A DNA stretch of 23,162 bases from Bdellovibrionota bacterium (GTDB taxonomy: Bacteria; Bdellovibrionota_C; UBA2361; OMII01), in contig JBIKWQ010000056.1 of the NCBI GenBank assembly GCA_044356215.1, forward strand, positions 1 through 23,162. The letters are read 5' to 3'. The notes beneath the pieces are model-generated. The model was given only the letters and a program-made list of their open reading frames with translations, did no database searches and was not told the origin of the DNA. The stretch's first letter is position 1. Each line of letters opens with the position of its first letter. Position numbers and translations under genes: made by a program. Below, one piece after another: positions 1 to 8,766 of this stretch.

Positions 1-104
1 TGAGTGGTACTCCTTATTTAAGGTTAGTTTCTGTATTGATAACAAGCTATTAGCCTATTATCGATTACCACTCAATCTCTTAATTTCAACGGGAATTAGG
101 ACAT

Positions 105-166
105 CCTCGCTAAAGCTACGGCCGGCGAGGTTTTGTCGGACCAGACGTAGCCTTGGCGAAGGCTGG
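105..166. repeat. REP-like inverted doublet
   Basis: CCTCGCTAAAGCTACG (105-120) is an imperfect inverted repeat of CGTAGCCTTGGCGAAGG (146-162); intergenic, upstream of pepF. Confidence 0.5.
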
Positions 167-219
167 TGCGGTTTTTTCTCATCTCGAAAATCGAATATCA
201 ACTCAACCTCCACTTTCTC

Positions 220-260
220 GCTACGGGTAGGTTTTGCCGGCCTTCCTTAGGAGATAGCTC
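220..260. repeat. Dispersed short repeat, copy 1 (copy 2 at 11506-11545)
   Basis: GGTTTTGCCGGCCTTCC at 230-246 is identical to 11518-11534; flanks are similar (GCTA...AGCTC). Confidence 0.65.
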
Positions 261-357
261 AAATATGCTCGCTATCTTTTTGCCACGTATTATTTGGTAT
301 CTCTCCCCCAATCTTGTTAAGCTATCCACGATGGAAAAAGTATAAGGACTATCTACC

Positions 358-2166
358 GTGACCGAGACAACAAAAGATCAATACACCTGGAGCCTCGAAT
401 CAATATTCCCTAACGCTGAGAGCTGGGAGGCTGAATTTAATTCAGTCAGCGGCGCGCTGCCGGAGCTTGCTAAATTTAAAGGGAGCCTATTCTCTTTGGC
501 TGAGACGCTCTTTAGTTATCTTACTAAGTCAGCCGATCTCTCTGAGCGAGTAGGACGGTTGCACTCTTACGCGTATCTTAACTACTACGGTGACACTAAT
601 AACGAGGGTGCTGGTGTCCTGCTTAGCCGCGCCGATGGGCTCTTCTCTGAGCTTGGTGTACGTAGCTCTTTCTTCTCGCCTGAGGTTTTATCTACGCCAG
701 CTAATACTGTTAAAGAGGTGCTCGCCTCTGACAAGAAGCTCAGTGTTTATAGCCACCTTTTTGAGGAGATCGAGCGCTATAGGCCTCACACCAGGAGCCC
801 AGAGATCGAAGAGGTACTAAATCAGCTATCTCCAGTTAAGAACGCTCCAGAGGCGATCAGGACAGCGCTTCATGACGCCGAGATGGAGTTCCGCCAGATA
901 GAGACGAGCACTGGGGATAAGCGCGAGCTAAGTCACGGAACGATCGATGGTCTTTTGTCTGATTCAGATAGAGAGGTCAGGCGGGCTGCCTATCAGAGCT
1001 ACACTGACTCTTATCTAAAGTTTTCGCAAACGTTCGCGCAAACATTAAACGCCCAGGCCAAGGTGTCGCTAGCGTTTAGTAAGGCGCGAGGTTTTAAATC
1101 TACCTTCTCGTCTAAGATTTTTAGCGAGGGGTATCCAGAGGATGTATTTCACGCCGTTTTAAGCGCCTGCAAAGAGCATAGGCACCTCTTTAAGCGTTAT
1201 TTTAAAGCGAGAGCCGCGGTTTTAGGGATAAGCAAATGCGCTGAGTACGATCTGTTCGCTCCGTTGAGTAAGGACGCCGCGCCGATAGATTACGAAACGG
1301 CTAGAGAATTAGTGCTAACAGCAGTTAAACCTCTAGGAGATGAATATGTATCGATAGCGAGACGCGGCCTATACGAAGAGCGCTGGACAGATGTCTATCC
1401 GCGACCGGGGAAGTATAGTAACGCTTTCTCTGGTGGTACTTATGGAACGAGGCCTTTTCTGCTCCTTAATTACGCCCCAACGATGATGGAGGTTGGCACT
1501 CTTGCGCATGAGTTGGGTCACTCGATGCACTCGTATATAACTAATCGCAGTCAGCCATCATGTTACGCGAGTTACGCGATGTCGGTCGCGGAGACCGCCT
1601 CAAATCTTAATCAGGTACTTCTGCGCGCGAGTGTTTTAAAGGGTGCTGATAGGTCTACCTCGTTAGCTGTACTGGAAGAGGCGTTCTTCTTCGCGCACCG
1701 TTACCTATTTTTAATGCCAACGATGAGTGAGGTTGAGCATAAGCTTCATACAACCTGCGCGAATGGCGGGGCTCTTAGCGCCACAGATCTAAGTAACGAA
1801 GTGGTTCGCGCCTTTAGTGAGGCCTATGGTGGAGAGGTTGAGTTTGAGCCAGCTAGACTTGGAGTTAAGTGGGCAAAATTCTGCCACTTTTATTCACCCT
1901 ATTATTTCTTTCAGTACGCGATCGGAATCAGCGCCGCAAACTCGATAGGTCGGCGGATACTTGCCGGTGAGCCGGGAATAGTTGAGAAATACTTAAAGTT
2001 TCTGGCTGCGGGAGGAAGTGATTACCCCACTGAGATCTTTAAGATAGTTGATATCGATATTACATCACCTGAAACGTACAGGGCGGCGTTTAAAGTTGTT
2101 GAGGGGTATGTTGAGAGGTTGGAGGGGTATGTGGGAAGCTACACCCCCTTATCACTCTCAATATAA
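358..2166 (+). CDS. pepF: Oligoendopeptidase F (M3B zinc metallopeptidase)
   Basis: 602 aa, GTG start after AAGGA; N-terminal YTWSLESIF; HELGH zinc motif followed by AETAS; GKYSNAFS/PFLLLNY and HFY..YYFFQYA segments typical of PepF. Confidence 0.92.
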   Translation: MTETTKDQYTWSLESIFPNAESWEAEFNSVSGALPELAKFKGSLFSLAETLFSYLTKSADLSERVGRLHSYAYLNYYGDTNNEGAGVLLSRADGLFSELGVRSSFFSPEVLSTPANTVKEVLASDKKLSVYSHLFEEIERYRPHTRSPEIEEVLNQLSPVKNAPEAIRTALHDAEMEFRQIETSTGDKRELSHGTIDGLLSDSDREVRRAAYQSYTDSYLKFSQTFAQTLNAQAKVSLAFSKARGFKSTFSSKIFSEGYPEDVFHAVLSACKEHRHLFKRYFKARAAVLGISKCAEYDLFAPLSKDAAPIDYETARELVLTAVKPLGDEYVSIARRGLYEERWTDVYPRPGKYSNAFSGGTYGTRPFLLLNYAPTMMEVGTLAHELGHSMHSYITNRSQPSCYASYAMSVAETASNLNQVLLRASVLKGADRSTSLAVLEEAFFFAHRYLFLMPTMSEVEHKLHTTCANGGALSATDLSNEVVRAFSEAYGGEVEFEPARLGVKWAKFCHFYSPYYFFQYAIGISAANSIGRRILAGEPGIVEKYLKFLAAGGSDYPTEIFKIVDIDITSPETYRAAFKVVEGYVERLEGYVGSYTPLSLSI

Positions 2167-3035
2167 ACATCAACCAATTGCCCCACATACACTGGCAGGG
2201 CTCCGCGGTCGAAGGTGAAGATAGCTTGCAGGACGCGGGTATCAACTCGCTCGAAGCTCTCCCCGGTAAGTGATCGTTTCGGTACGACATAAGGCTCAAA
2301 GCGCGAGAAGTTTAGATTAAAAGAGATCGCTGTATTGCCGCGCAAATTAGCGGTGGCGCGGCTCCCTGGCGCGACGCGCCAAGCGTCGTTCTCATCGATA
2401 TCAACTCTCACCGCGAGCGGTGATACCGCGCCTACTACCATAAGTGGCGAGCTCATAACTTGAGCTGGAGCGAACTCACCAGCGCGGGCTTTGCTCTGTA
2501 GAACCTCTCCAGCTATCGGAGCACGGATAGTCATCCTCTGAAGGGTTGTCCGCGACTCAAGGAGTAAGGCTTGAGCTTCGGTGAGACCTGCGCGCGCAAC
2601 AGATACCGCGCTCTCACGTTTTAAAAGCTCGCCGCGCATAATCGCCCGGGTATCGTTTACACTTTTATAGATCGCTAACTGCGTCTCTGTGTCATCAAGC
2701 TGTGCTTTTGCTTTATTAACTTGGGCATCTCGCACAGCTATCTCCGCCAGAATATCGCGGTCATCTAAGATAAAAAGGGCTTGATCCTTCTCGACTCTGT
2801 CGCCGGCTTTAACCAGCACCTCTTTAATCACGCCAGCTAATTGAGAGGCGATAGCGATATTCTCAGAGCTCGCCTCTATTATACCTGAGCCCGCCACGAA
2901 TTTAGGAAACGGCGATTGCGCTGGTGAGATAAGCGGCGCGGCTATAGGCTGCGGTACGCTACCAACGATTACGGTTCGGATCACAAAGATGATCCCAATA
3001 ATGGCGAGAAGGGGGAGGATTAGGAAGCGGTTCAT
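2139..3035 (-). CDS. Periplasmic adaptor / membrane fusion protein (HlyD/DevB-like)
   Basis: N-terminal hydrophobic anchor, split lipoyl motif (GVIKEVLVKAGDRVEKDQALF ... IRAPIAGEVL) flanking a coiled coil, C-terminal ERVDTRVLQ; last gene of the ABC cluster. Confidence 0.88.
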   Translation of the reverse strand: MNRFLILPLLAIIGIIFVIRTVIVGSVPQPIAAPLISPAQSPFPKFVAGSGIIEASSENIAIASQLAGVIKEVLVKAGDRVEKDQALFILDDRDILAEIAVRDAQVNKAKAQLDDTETQLAIYKSVNDTRAIMRGELLKRESAVSVARAGLTEAQALLLESRTTLQRMTIRAPIAGEVLQSKARAGEFAPAQVMSSPLMVVGAVSPLAVRVDIDENDAWRVAPGSRATANLRGNTAISFNLNFSRFEPYVVPKRSLTGESFERVDTRVLQAIFTFDRGALPVYVGQLVDVYIESDKGV

Positions 3036-3103
3036 ATAGCGGGTAGTTTAGCGGGGAGATTAGGTCGGCGCCATATCTTTGGTGTTGTGATTGCAGGCGG
3101 AAT

Positions 3104-3823
3104 TTAATCCGCCTCTTTGCCCCGAATTCCAGTAATAAGCCCATCCTCCATCGCCGCCACACGATCAGCATAGTGAAATATCCTCGAATCATGAGTCACT
3201 ATAACAAGTGTCCGCTGCCCCTCTAGCGCCTCGCGTCTAAATAGCTCCATTATCTCAGCCCCCGTAGCGTGATCTAAAGCTGATGTTGGCTCATCGCAAA
3301 CTATTAACCGCGGGTTGTGAACTAATGCTCGCGCGATCGCTACGCGCTGCTGTTGTCCACCAGAGAGCTCGCCGGGTAAGCTCTTAAGCTTCTCACCTAA
3401 ACCTACGCGCCTTAAAACTTCAGCGGAGCGGCGCGTGGCCTCCTCTCGCTCAACGCCATTTAGTAATAACGGGATAGATACGTTCTCTGTTGTTGTTAAA
3501 GCCGGAATCAGATTATAGCTCTGAAAAACAAAACCGATATTGCGCCCACGATAGGTAGTTCGCTCCGTATCGCTCATCTCTTTAAAGTCTTGGCCAAATA
3601 CTGAACACTTGCCTGAGTCGTAGTTTAGTATCCCAGCGATTACCGAGATCAAAGTTGTTTTGCCGCAACCCGAGGGGCCAACTAACATAAATAGCTCACC
3701 GGCATTAACCTCTAGATCCACACCTCTTAACGCCACCGCTTCGGTAGTCTTTGACCTGTAACTTTTTGTTACACCCCGACATAGGATCGCCTGGGGAGCT
3801 TCTGTGTTGTCATTTCGGTCCAT
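3104..3823 (-). CDS. ABC transporter ATP-binding protein (DevA/LolD/MacB-type)
   Basis: Walker A GPSGCGKT, IGFVFQSYNL Q-loop, LSGGQQQRVAIARAL signature, IVCDEPT Walker B, VTHD H-loop. Confidence 0.95.
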   Translation of the reverse strand: MDRNDNTEAPQAILCRGVTKSYRSKTTEAVALRGVDLEVNAGELFMLVGPSGCGKTTLISVIAGILNYDSGKCSVFGQDFKEMSDTERTTYRGRNIGFVFQSYNLIPALTTTENVSIPLLLNGVEREEATRRSAEVLRRVGLGEKLKSLPGELSGGQQQRVAIARALVHNPRLIVCDEPTSALDHATGAEIMELFRREALEGQRTLVIVTHDSRIFHYADRVAAMEDGLITGIRGKEAD

Positions 3824-3829
3824 TGATAG

Positions 3830-4990
3830 TTAGCCCCTAAAAACGATCCCAGGCTCTAGCCGCAGCACCTTGCGTAAACTCGCCATGGCGGTAATTAAAG
3901 TTATCAGAGATGTCGCCAGAACCGTAATCACCGGGATCTGCCACGGAAGATAAAAAGCGAGCTCGGAGTTTTTAGCGAGTATGCTCGTTAAACAGGCGAC
4001 ACCCATGCCCAACCCAGAGCCTATCGCGCCAACTAAAAAAGTTTGAAGTAAGATCATCTGGAACAGGAGCTTATTAGAGGCTCCCATAGCTTTAAGGATC
4101 CCCAAATAGCGCATGTTATCAACGATAAAACTAAAGAATGTCTGGCCGACTATCGCTACGCCAACTAAGAAGCCTAGTCCGATCGCGATTCCAAAATTTA
4201 TCGGGATACCAGTATTTTTCATAAAGTAGCGGATCGTAATTCCCCTAAACTGGTTGGCGGTAAAAGCTGCTAGTGACGCTTGTTTCTCGATCCGTTTAGC
4301 GACATCGCTTAGTTTGTACCCGTCTTTCGCCTTTACGAGGATAAAAGAGAGGAGCTTCCTTTCGCGGGGAGCGAATCTCATCGCTCGTGAGTAAGTAGTA
4401 TACACAACCGGTTGAGATTGAAATGTGCGGGTCACCCGAGCGATACCGACAACAACGGCGCGATTATCGTTTAGCTCTAGGATATCGCCCACTACCAGGG
4501 GGACCTTCGGCGCGTTTGGCGTCGACCCAGGTTTGGCGAGCTTTCCCTTGGCCGCAGCCTCATCAACTATTACGCCATCAGCTCTGCGTAGATCTCCAAG
4601 TGTACCTTGAACCATCACAGGCGGCCCAGCTATAAGAGTGGCATCATCTAGCCCGATGACGTTACACGTCTGAAATGTTCCGTTAGGGAGCCTCGCTCTG
4701 ATCGATCCTTTATAAAGAGGAACGGCCCATTGAACCCCCTCAACACCTCGCACCTGTAAGAGCTTAGTATCCTGGAGCGGCTTTATATCATCAACAAACT
4801 GCACCTTAGGATCCATAACCCAGAGATCTGGTTGCGCCGTGTCGTAAACAAAACCAACTGTGCGCGACATTAGTCCTAAGAATATGGAGGTCTGTTGAGT
4901 GATAATCAGCGAGGTCAGCGCCACGCCAAAGACCATGGCGTAGAACTTGCCGCGATTACCGATAAGCATTTTAAAAGCGATTGAATACAC
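3830..4990 (-). CDS. ABC transporter permease (DevC/FtsX/MacB family)
   Basis: GTG start; one N-terminal TM, large periplasmic domain, three C-terminal TMs; GILKAMGAS motif and LEPGIVFRG end. Confidence 0.9.
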   Translation of the reverse strand: MYSIAFKMLIGNRGKFYAMVFGVALTSLIITQQTSIFLGLMSRTVGFVYDTAQPDLWVMDPKVQFVDDIKPLQDTKLLQVRGVEGVQWAVPLYKGSIRARLPNGTFQTCNVIGLDDATLIAGPPVMVQGTLGDLRRADGVIVDEAAAKGKLAKPGSTPNAPKVPLVVGDILELNDNRAVVVGIARVTRTFQSQPVVYTTYSRAMRFAPRERKLLSFILVKAKDGYKLSDVAKRIEKQASLAAFTANQFRGITIRYFMKNTGIPINFGIAIGLGFLVGVAIVGQTFFSFIVDNMRYLGILKAMGASNKLLFQMILLQTFLVGAIGSGLGMGVACLTSILAKNSELAFYLPWQIPVITVLATSLITLITAMASLRKVLRLEPGIVFRG

Positions 4991-5029
4991 GCCCTAAATC
5001 GTACCTGAGATCTCACTGTAGCAGAAGAG

Positions 5030-6064
5030 CTATCCCAGCTTGTCGGGTCGAATCATGCCGTGCGCCAAGAGATCTTGAATGTGGATCAATCCCACGGGAG
5101 CCTTCTTATCATTTATCACAAAGAGCTGATTTACCTTGCGCTCCTGGATGATCCGACACGCCTCCTGAGCTAGCTGCTCAGATCTGATAGTAATCGGTTT
5201 TCTTGAGCAGACTGAGCCGATCGTTTTGTTTAGAAAGTCCGGCACGTTCTCAAGGCATCTACGTAGATCGCCATCGGTGAATACCCCGACGATCTCTCCT
5301 GTCTGATTAACCACAGCCGCGCACCCAGGTCGTCCGTCAGTGGCGGTGATATCGTGCAGGGCCTTTTTGTTGGGAGTCTCTTCTGTCACAACGCAAACAC
5401 TCGACCCAGACCGCATAATTTCACTTACTAACATAAGCGATCTGCCAAGATCTCCTCCGGGGTGAAACGCGGCGTACTCTTCGCGCGAGATCCCTTTGTG
5501 CTCTAAGAGCGTCATCGCTAACGCATCGCTTAGAGCCATCATTACGGTAGTGCTTGTGGTTGGCGCGAGTCCCAGCGGGCCAGCCTCTGGGATCTTCCCC
5601 GTCTCTATGACTATATCACTGTGGCGACCTAGAGATGATGATGTGCTACTTGTGATCGATATGATCTTAGCTCCAAAGCTCTTAATCCTTGGGAGTAAGC
5701 GAACGATCTCATCGGTCTCGCCTGAGTGTGAGAGGATTATCACAACGTCATTTCTCTGCAGACGACCGAGATCCCCGTGGATAGCGTCAGCGGGGTGCAA
5801 AAAGAAACTTGGGAATCCGATGCTGGCTAACGTCGCTGAGAGCTTCATCCCAACGAAACCGGCTTTGCCCATCCCCGAAACAATTATACGGGCGTCACGC
5901 TCAAGTGAGAGAAGCGCGTTGGTTGCCTCGGCGAACCGCGGGTCTAAAGACTTTGCGACCTGTGTAAGTACAGCGATCTGTTGCTCAATGATCGACTTGC
6001 CGTAACTAACGGTATCCGCTGTGCTGAGTGCTCTCGGTTTCGCGCTGTGATCTTCGCTGGTCAT
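5030..6064 (-). CDS. kdsD: Arabinose-5-phosphate isomerase (KpsF/GutQ family, SIS + 2 CBS)
   Basis: SGMGKAG, FLHPADAIHGDLG, SHSGET, LAPTTST, FHPGG motifs, then CBS pair (FTDGDLRR, GLIHIQDLL). Confidence 0.92.
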   Translation of the reverse strand: MTSEDHSAKPRALSTADTVSYGKSIIEQQIAVLTQVAKSLDPRFAEATNALLSLERDARIIVSGMGKAGFVGMKLSATLASIGFPSFFLHPADAIHGDLGRLQRNDVVIILSHSGETDEIVRLLPRIKSFGAKIISITSSTSSSLGRHSDIVIETGKIPEAGPLGLAPTTSTTVMMALSDALAMTLLEHKGISREEYAAFHPGGDLGRSLMLVSEIMRSGSSVCVVTEETPNKKALHDITATDGRPGCAAVVNQTGEIVGVFTDGDLRRCLENVPDFLNKTIGSVCSRKPITIRSEQLAQEACRIIQERKVNQLFVINDKKAPVGLIHIQDLLAHGMIRPDKLG

Positions 6065-6079
6065 AACAGTCCAAGGCTA

Positions 6080-6107
6080 CCATAGTGGCTATTTTTAGGC
6101 ACTATGG
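6080..6107. promoter_or_regulatory. 28-bp inverted repeat (candidate operator) between divergent kdsD and ilv promoters
   Basis: CCATAGTG-g-CTA-tttt-TAG-g-CACTATGG; 11 of 12 arm positions complementary. Confidence 0.45.
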
Positions 6108-6119
6108 GCGGAATACCTC

Positions 6120-6148
6120 TTGATTAAACCCGCGGATGCGGTTAAGGT
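6120..6148 (+). promoter_or_regulatory. Putative sigma70 promoter of the ilv leader
   Basis: TTGATT (6120-6125), 17-nt spacer, TAAGGT (6143-6148), just upstream of the leader ORF. Confidence 0.45.
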
Positions 6149-6190
6149 TCTCGGTCTATGACAACAACGGGTCTTCCAGTGGCGATAAAT

Positions 6191-6283
6191 ATGACAGGCA
6201 GCCTAACGGCTAACGCCCTCGTGATTATTTCGCTCGTGATTGTGCTTACGCTCGTAAGAGCTGGGTGCGGTCCTCTGCTGTAA
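6191..6283 (+). CDS. ilvL: ilv operon leader peptide (30 aa; 41 aa if the in-frame ATG at 6158 is used)
   Basis: Manual translation MTGSLTANALVIISLVIVLTLVRAGCGPLL*; codons 10-22 contain 11 Leu/Ile/Val of 13; directly precedes a terminator and ilvB. Not in the ORF track. Confidence 0.85.
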   Translation: MTGSLTANALVIISLVIVLTLVRAGCGPLL

Positions 6284-6302
6284 GATAGCAGAGAGAGGCG
6301 AT

Positions 6303-6345
6303 AAAAAGCCCCCGCACTCGAAAGAGATGCGGGGGCTTTTTTTTT
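6303..6345 (+). terminator. Attenuator intrinsic terminator of the ilv operon
   Basis: AAAAAGCCCCCGCA-CTC-GAAA-GAG-A-TGCGGGGGCTTTTTTTTT: GC stem, GAAA tetraloop, 9-T tail; GGGTGCGG (6263-6270) can pair with CCGCACTC (6312-6319) as antiterminator. Confidence 0.9.
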
Positions 6346-6400
6346 ACCCCTACGGATTCCGCAGTGGTCATCTGCTAGCAATTTTGGTGAGGTTTCTGTA

Positions 6401-8170
6401 ATGACGGCGGCAAAGGCTTATTCACTTAAATCGGATAATCTAAGCGATAATAATCAGGACGGCGCGCCCGATGCGGCAGGCCAGGTGGAGATGACCGGAT
6501 CTCGACTCTTAATGGAGCTCTTACTTAGAGCGGGGGTAGATACGATATTTGGGTACCCAGGTGGCGCTATTATGCCTGTTTACGATGCCCTTTATGATTA
6601 TCGCGATCGGATCCGACACGTTCTCGTTCGCCACGAGCAGGGCGCTAGCCACGCGGCGGAGGGATACGCGCGGGTTCTAGGTAAAGCCGGAGTGTGTTTG
6701 GCCACATCGGGACCCGGGGCGACTAATCTTGTCACTGGGATCGCCGACGCGATGCTCGACTCTGTTCCGTTAGTTTGCATCACGGGCCAGGTTAGCAAGG
6801 CTTTCTTGGGTACAGACGCCTTTCAGGAGACCGATATTATCGGCATCACCATACCGATAACCAAATGGAACGTTCAGGTTACCAGCGCGGCTGAGCTGCT
6901 TACCGCGATCCCAAAAGCCTTCGCGGTAGCTCAGTCGGGCAGGCCGGGACCGGTAGTGATCGATATCACGAAAAACGCCCAGTTTGAGATGATCTCGGTG
7001 AACTTAGATGAACTGCCAAGTTACGAAGCTCCAAAGTGTCGAACCAGTGTAGATCCTCAAGAGGCGCGTCGTGCGGCTGATATTATTAATTCAGCTAAGA
7101 AACCCATGATGCTTGTTGGGCAGGGGGCGCGTATATCGGGTGCTTATGACGAGGTCTTACGCCTGGCTGAAAAAGCGGAGATACCAGTCGCGTGCACATT
7201 GCATGGATTGTCGGCTTTTCCAACGAAACACCCACTGTATGTGGGGATGTTGGGAATGCACGGAAATTACGGCCCGAATATCTTAACCAATGAGGCCGAT
7301 ACGCTCATCGCAATCGGGATGCGTTTTGATGATCGAGTTACTGGAAAATTGTCAGAATACGCGAGGCAGGCCCGAATCGTTCATATCGACGTTGACCGTG
7401 CCGAATTGAATAAGAATGTTCAGGTAAGCGCCGGCATAGTGGCCGACGCTAAAGAGGCGCTAGAGGCGATCCTGCCGATGATAGAGAAGCAGAGCAGGCC
7501 TGATTGGATGAGTAAATTCAGGGAGTGCGATCAGCAGGAGGGAATTAAAGTAATTAGTCGAGATCTAGAGAGACGTGTCGGGCGTCCACGGATGAGTAGT
7601 GTCATTAGAGATCTAAGCGAAGTTACCAAGGGAGAGGCTTTAGTGATAGCTGATGTAGGCCAGCACCAGATGGCTACGGCGCGCTATTACACATTCTGTA
7701 AATCTAACAGCTTTATCTCATCTGGTGGGTTGGGGACGATGGGGTTCGCTCTCCCAGCGGCGATGGGCGCGGCGGTCGCGGAGTCTGAAAGACCAGTTGT
7801 CACTGTGATCGGAGACGGTGGTTTTCAGATGACGCTTCAGGAATTGGGTACTATAGCGCAGGAAAAGCTTCCAGTTAAGATCGTCATCCTTAATAATAAC
7901 TTCCTCGGAATGGTTCGCCAGTGGCAGGAGCTCTTCTTTGATAGTCGTTATTCTTTTGTGAATATGGATAGCCCTGATTTTATCAAATTGTCGGAGGCGT
8001 ACGGAATACCAGCCGCCAGGGTCAGTCATTGTGGAGATGTGGCCGCGGCTTTGAGAAAGATGATCTACACACCTGGGCCTTACTTAGTCGAGGTCTTAGT
8101 TGAGAAGGAAGATAACGTGTTCCCGATGGTTCCAGCGGGAGCGAGCGTAAGCGATATCAGGCTTGAGTAG
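6401..8170 (+). CDS. ilvB: Acetolactate synthase large subunit
   Basis: IFGYPGGAIMP, RHEQGA, TSGPGATN, GMLGMHG, RFDDRV, GDGGFQM...NN TPP motif, GMVRQWQ; GAGG 8 nt before ATG 6401 (alternative ATG 6491). Confidence 0.96.
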   Translation: MTAAKAYSLKSDNLSDNNQDGAPDAAGQVEMTGSRLLMELLLRAGVDTIFGYPGGAIMPVYDALYDYRDRIRHVLVRHEQGASHAAEGYARVLGKAGVCLATSGPGATNLVTGIADAMLDSVPLVCITGQVSKAFLGTDAFQETDIIGITIPITKWNVQVTSAAELLTAIPKAFAVAQSGRPGPVVIDITKNAQFEMISVNLDELPSYEAPKCRTSVDPQEARRAADIINSAKKPMMLVGQGARISGAYDEVLRLAEKAEIPVACTLHGLSAFPTKHPLYVGMLGMHGNYGPNILTNEADTLIAIGMRFDDRVTGKLSEYARQARIVHIDVDRAELNKNVQVSAGIVADAKEALEAILPMIEKQSRPDWMSKFRECDQQEGIKVISRDLERRVGRPRMSSVIRDLSEVTKGEALVIADVGQHQMATARYYTFCKSNSFISSGGLGTMGFALPAAMGAAVAESERPVVTVIGDGGFQMTLQELGTIAQEKLPVKIVILNNNFLGMVRQWQELFFDSRYSFVNMDSPDFIKLSEAYGIPAARVSHCGDVAAALRKMIYTPGPYLVEVLVEKEDNVFPMVPAGASVSDIRLE

Positions 8171-8193
8171 GATAGAGCGAGGAGATAGAAAAA

Positions 8194-8739
8194 ATGTCAC
8201 AGCCAATTACATTTCTAGTATGGGCGGAGAATACTCCGGGAACGTTAATAAGACTGGCCTCCCTGTTTTCACGCCGTAAGATAAACATAGATAGCCTGGC
8301 CGTATCAGAGACTGAGGATAGTAAGATATCACGCTTTACTGTGGTTATTACAGTAGAGCCAGTTCTGGCCGCTGTTGTCGGTCGCCAGATCGAGCGAATG
8401 ATCGAGGCGCGCCGTGTGATCGTCAGCGCCGATGAGTGGGTGGTGCACCGAGAGATCGCTATTATCAGGGCTAATTTAAAGCCCGAAGGCGAGGCGGCTT
8501 TCCTCAATAGGTATGAGGGCCTGAGGATAATCGGCAAGAATGAATCTAGCGTGTTGATGGAGATACATGGGACAAACGATCGCATCAACGAGCTAGTCGA
8601 GGAGTTGCGTCAAGTTGGTGTCTCGGAGATCGTCAGGTCCGGCAGGATCGCGGTGACCCGAGATGGAAATTATGAGCATGATTTAACCAGATCTCTCCAC
8701 GAGCTCCCATTGGGAGCGAGTGAGGGGCCTGGCTTGTAG
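8194..8739 (+). CDS. ilvN: Acetolactate synthase small (regulatory, ACT) subunit
   Basis: ENTPGTL..LFSRRKINIDSLAVS ACT motif, EIVRSGRIA; SD GAGGAG; follows ilvB. Confidence 0.92.
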   Translation: MSQPITFLVWAENTPGTLIRLASLFSRRKINIDSLAVSETEDSKISRFTVVITVEPVLAAVVGRQIERMIEARRVIVSADEWVVHREIAIIRANLKPEGEAAFLNRYEGLRIIGKNESSVLMEIHGTNDRINELVEELRQVGVSEIVRSGRIAVTRDGNYEHDLTRSLHELPLGASEGPGL

Positions 8740-8766
8740 TTCGTAACGGTGAAGTAGGAGAAAAAT

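Noticed and set aside
6142..6381. 79-aa minus-strand ORF
   Set aside because: Antisense shadow of the leader peptide and attenuator.
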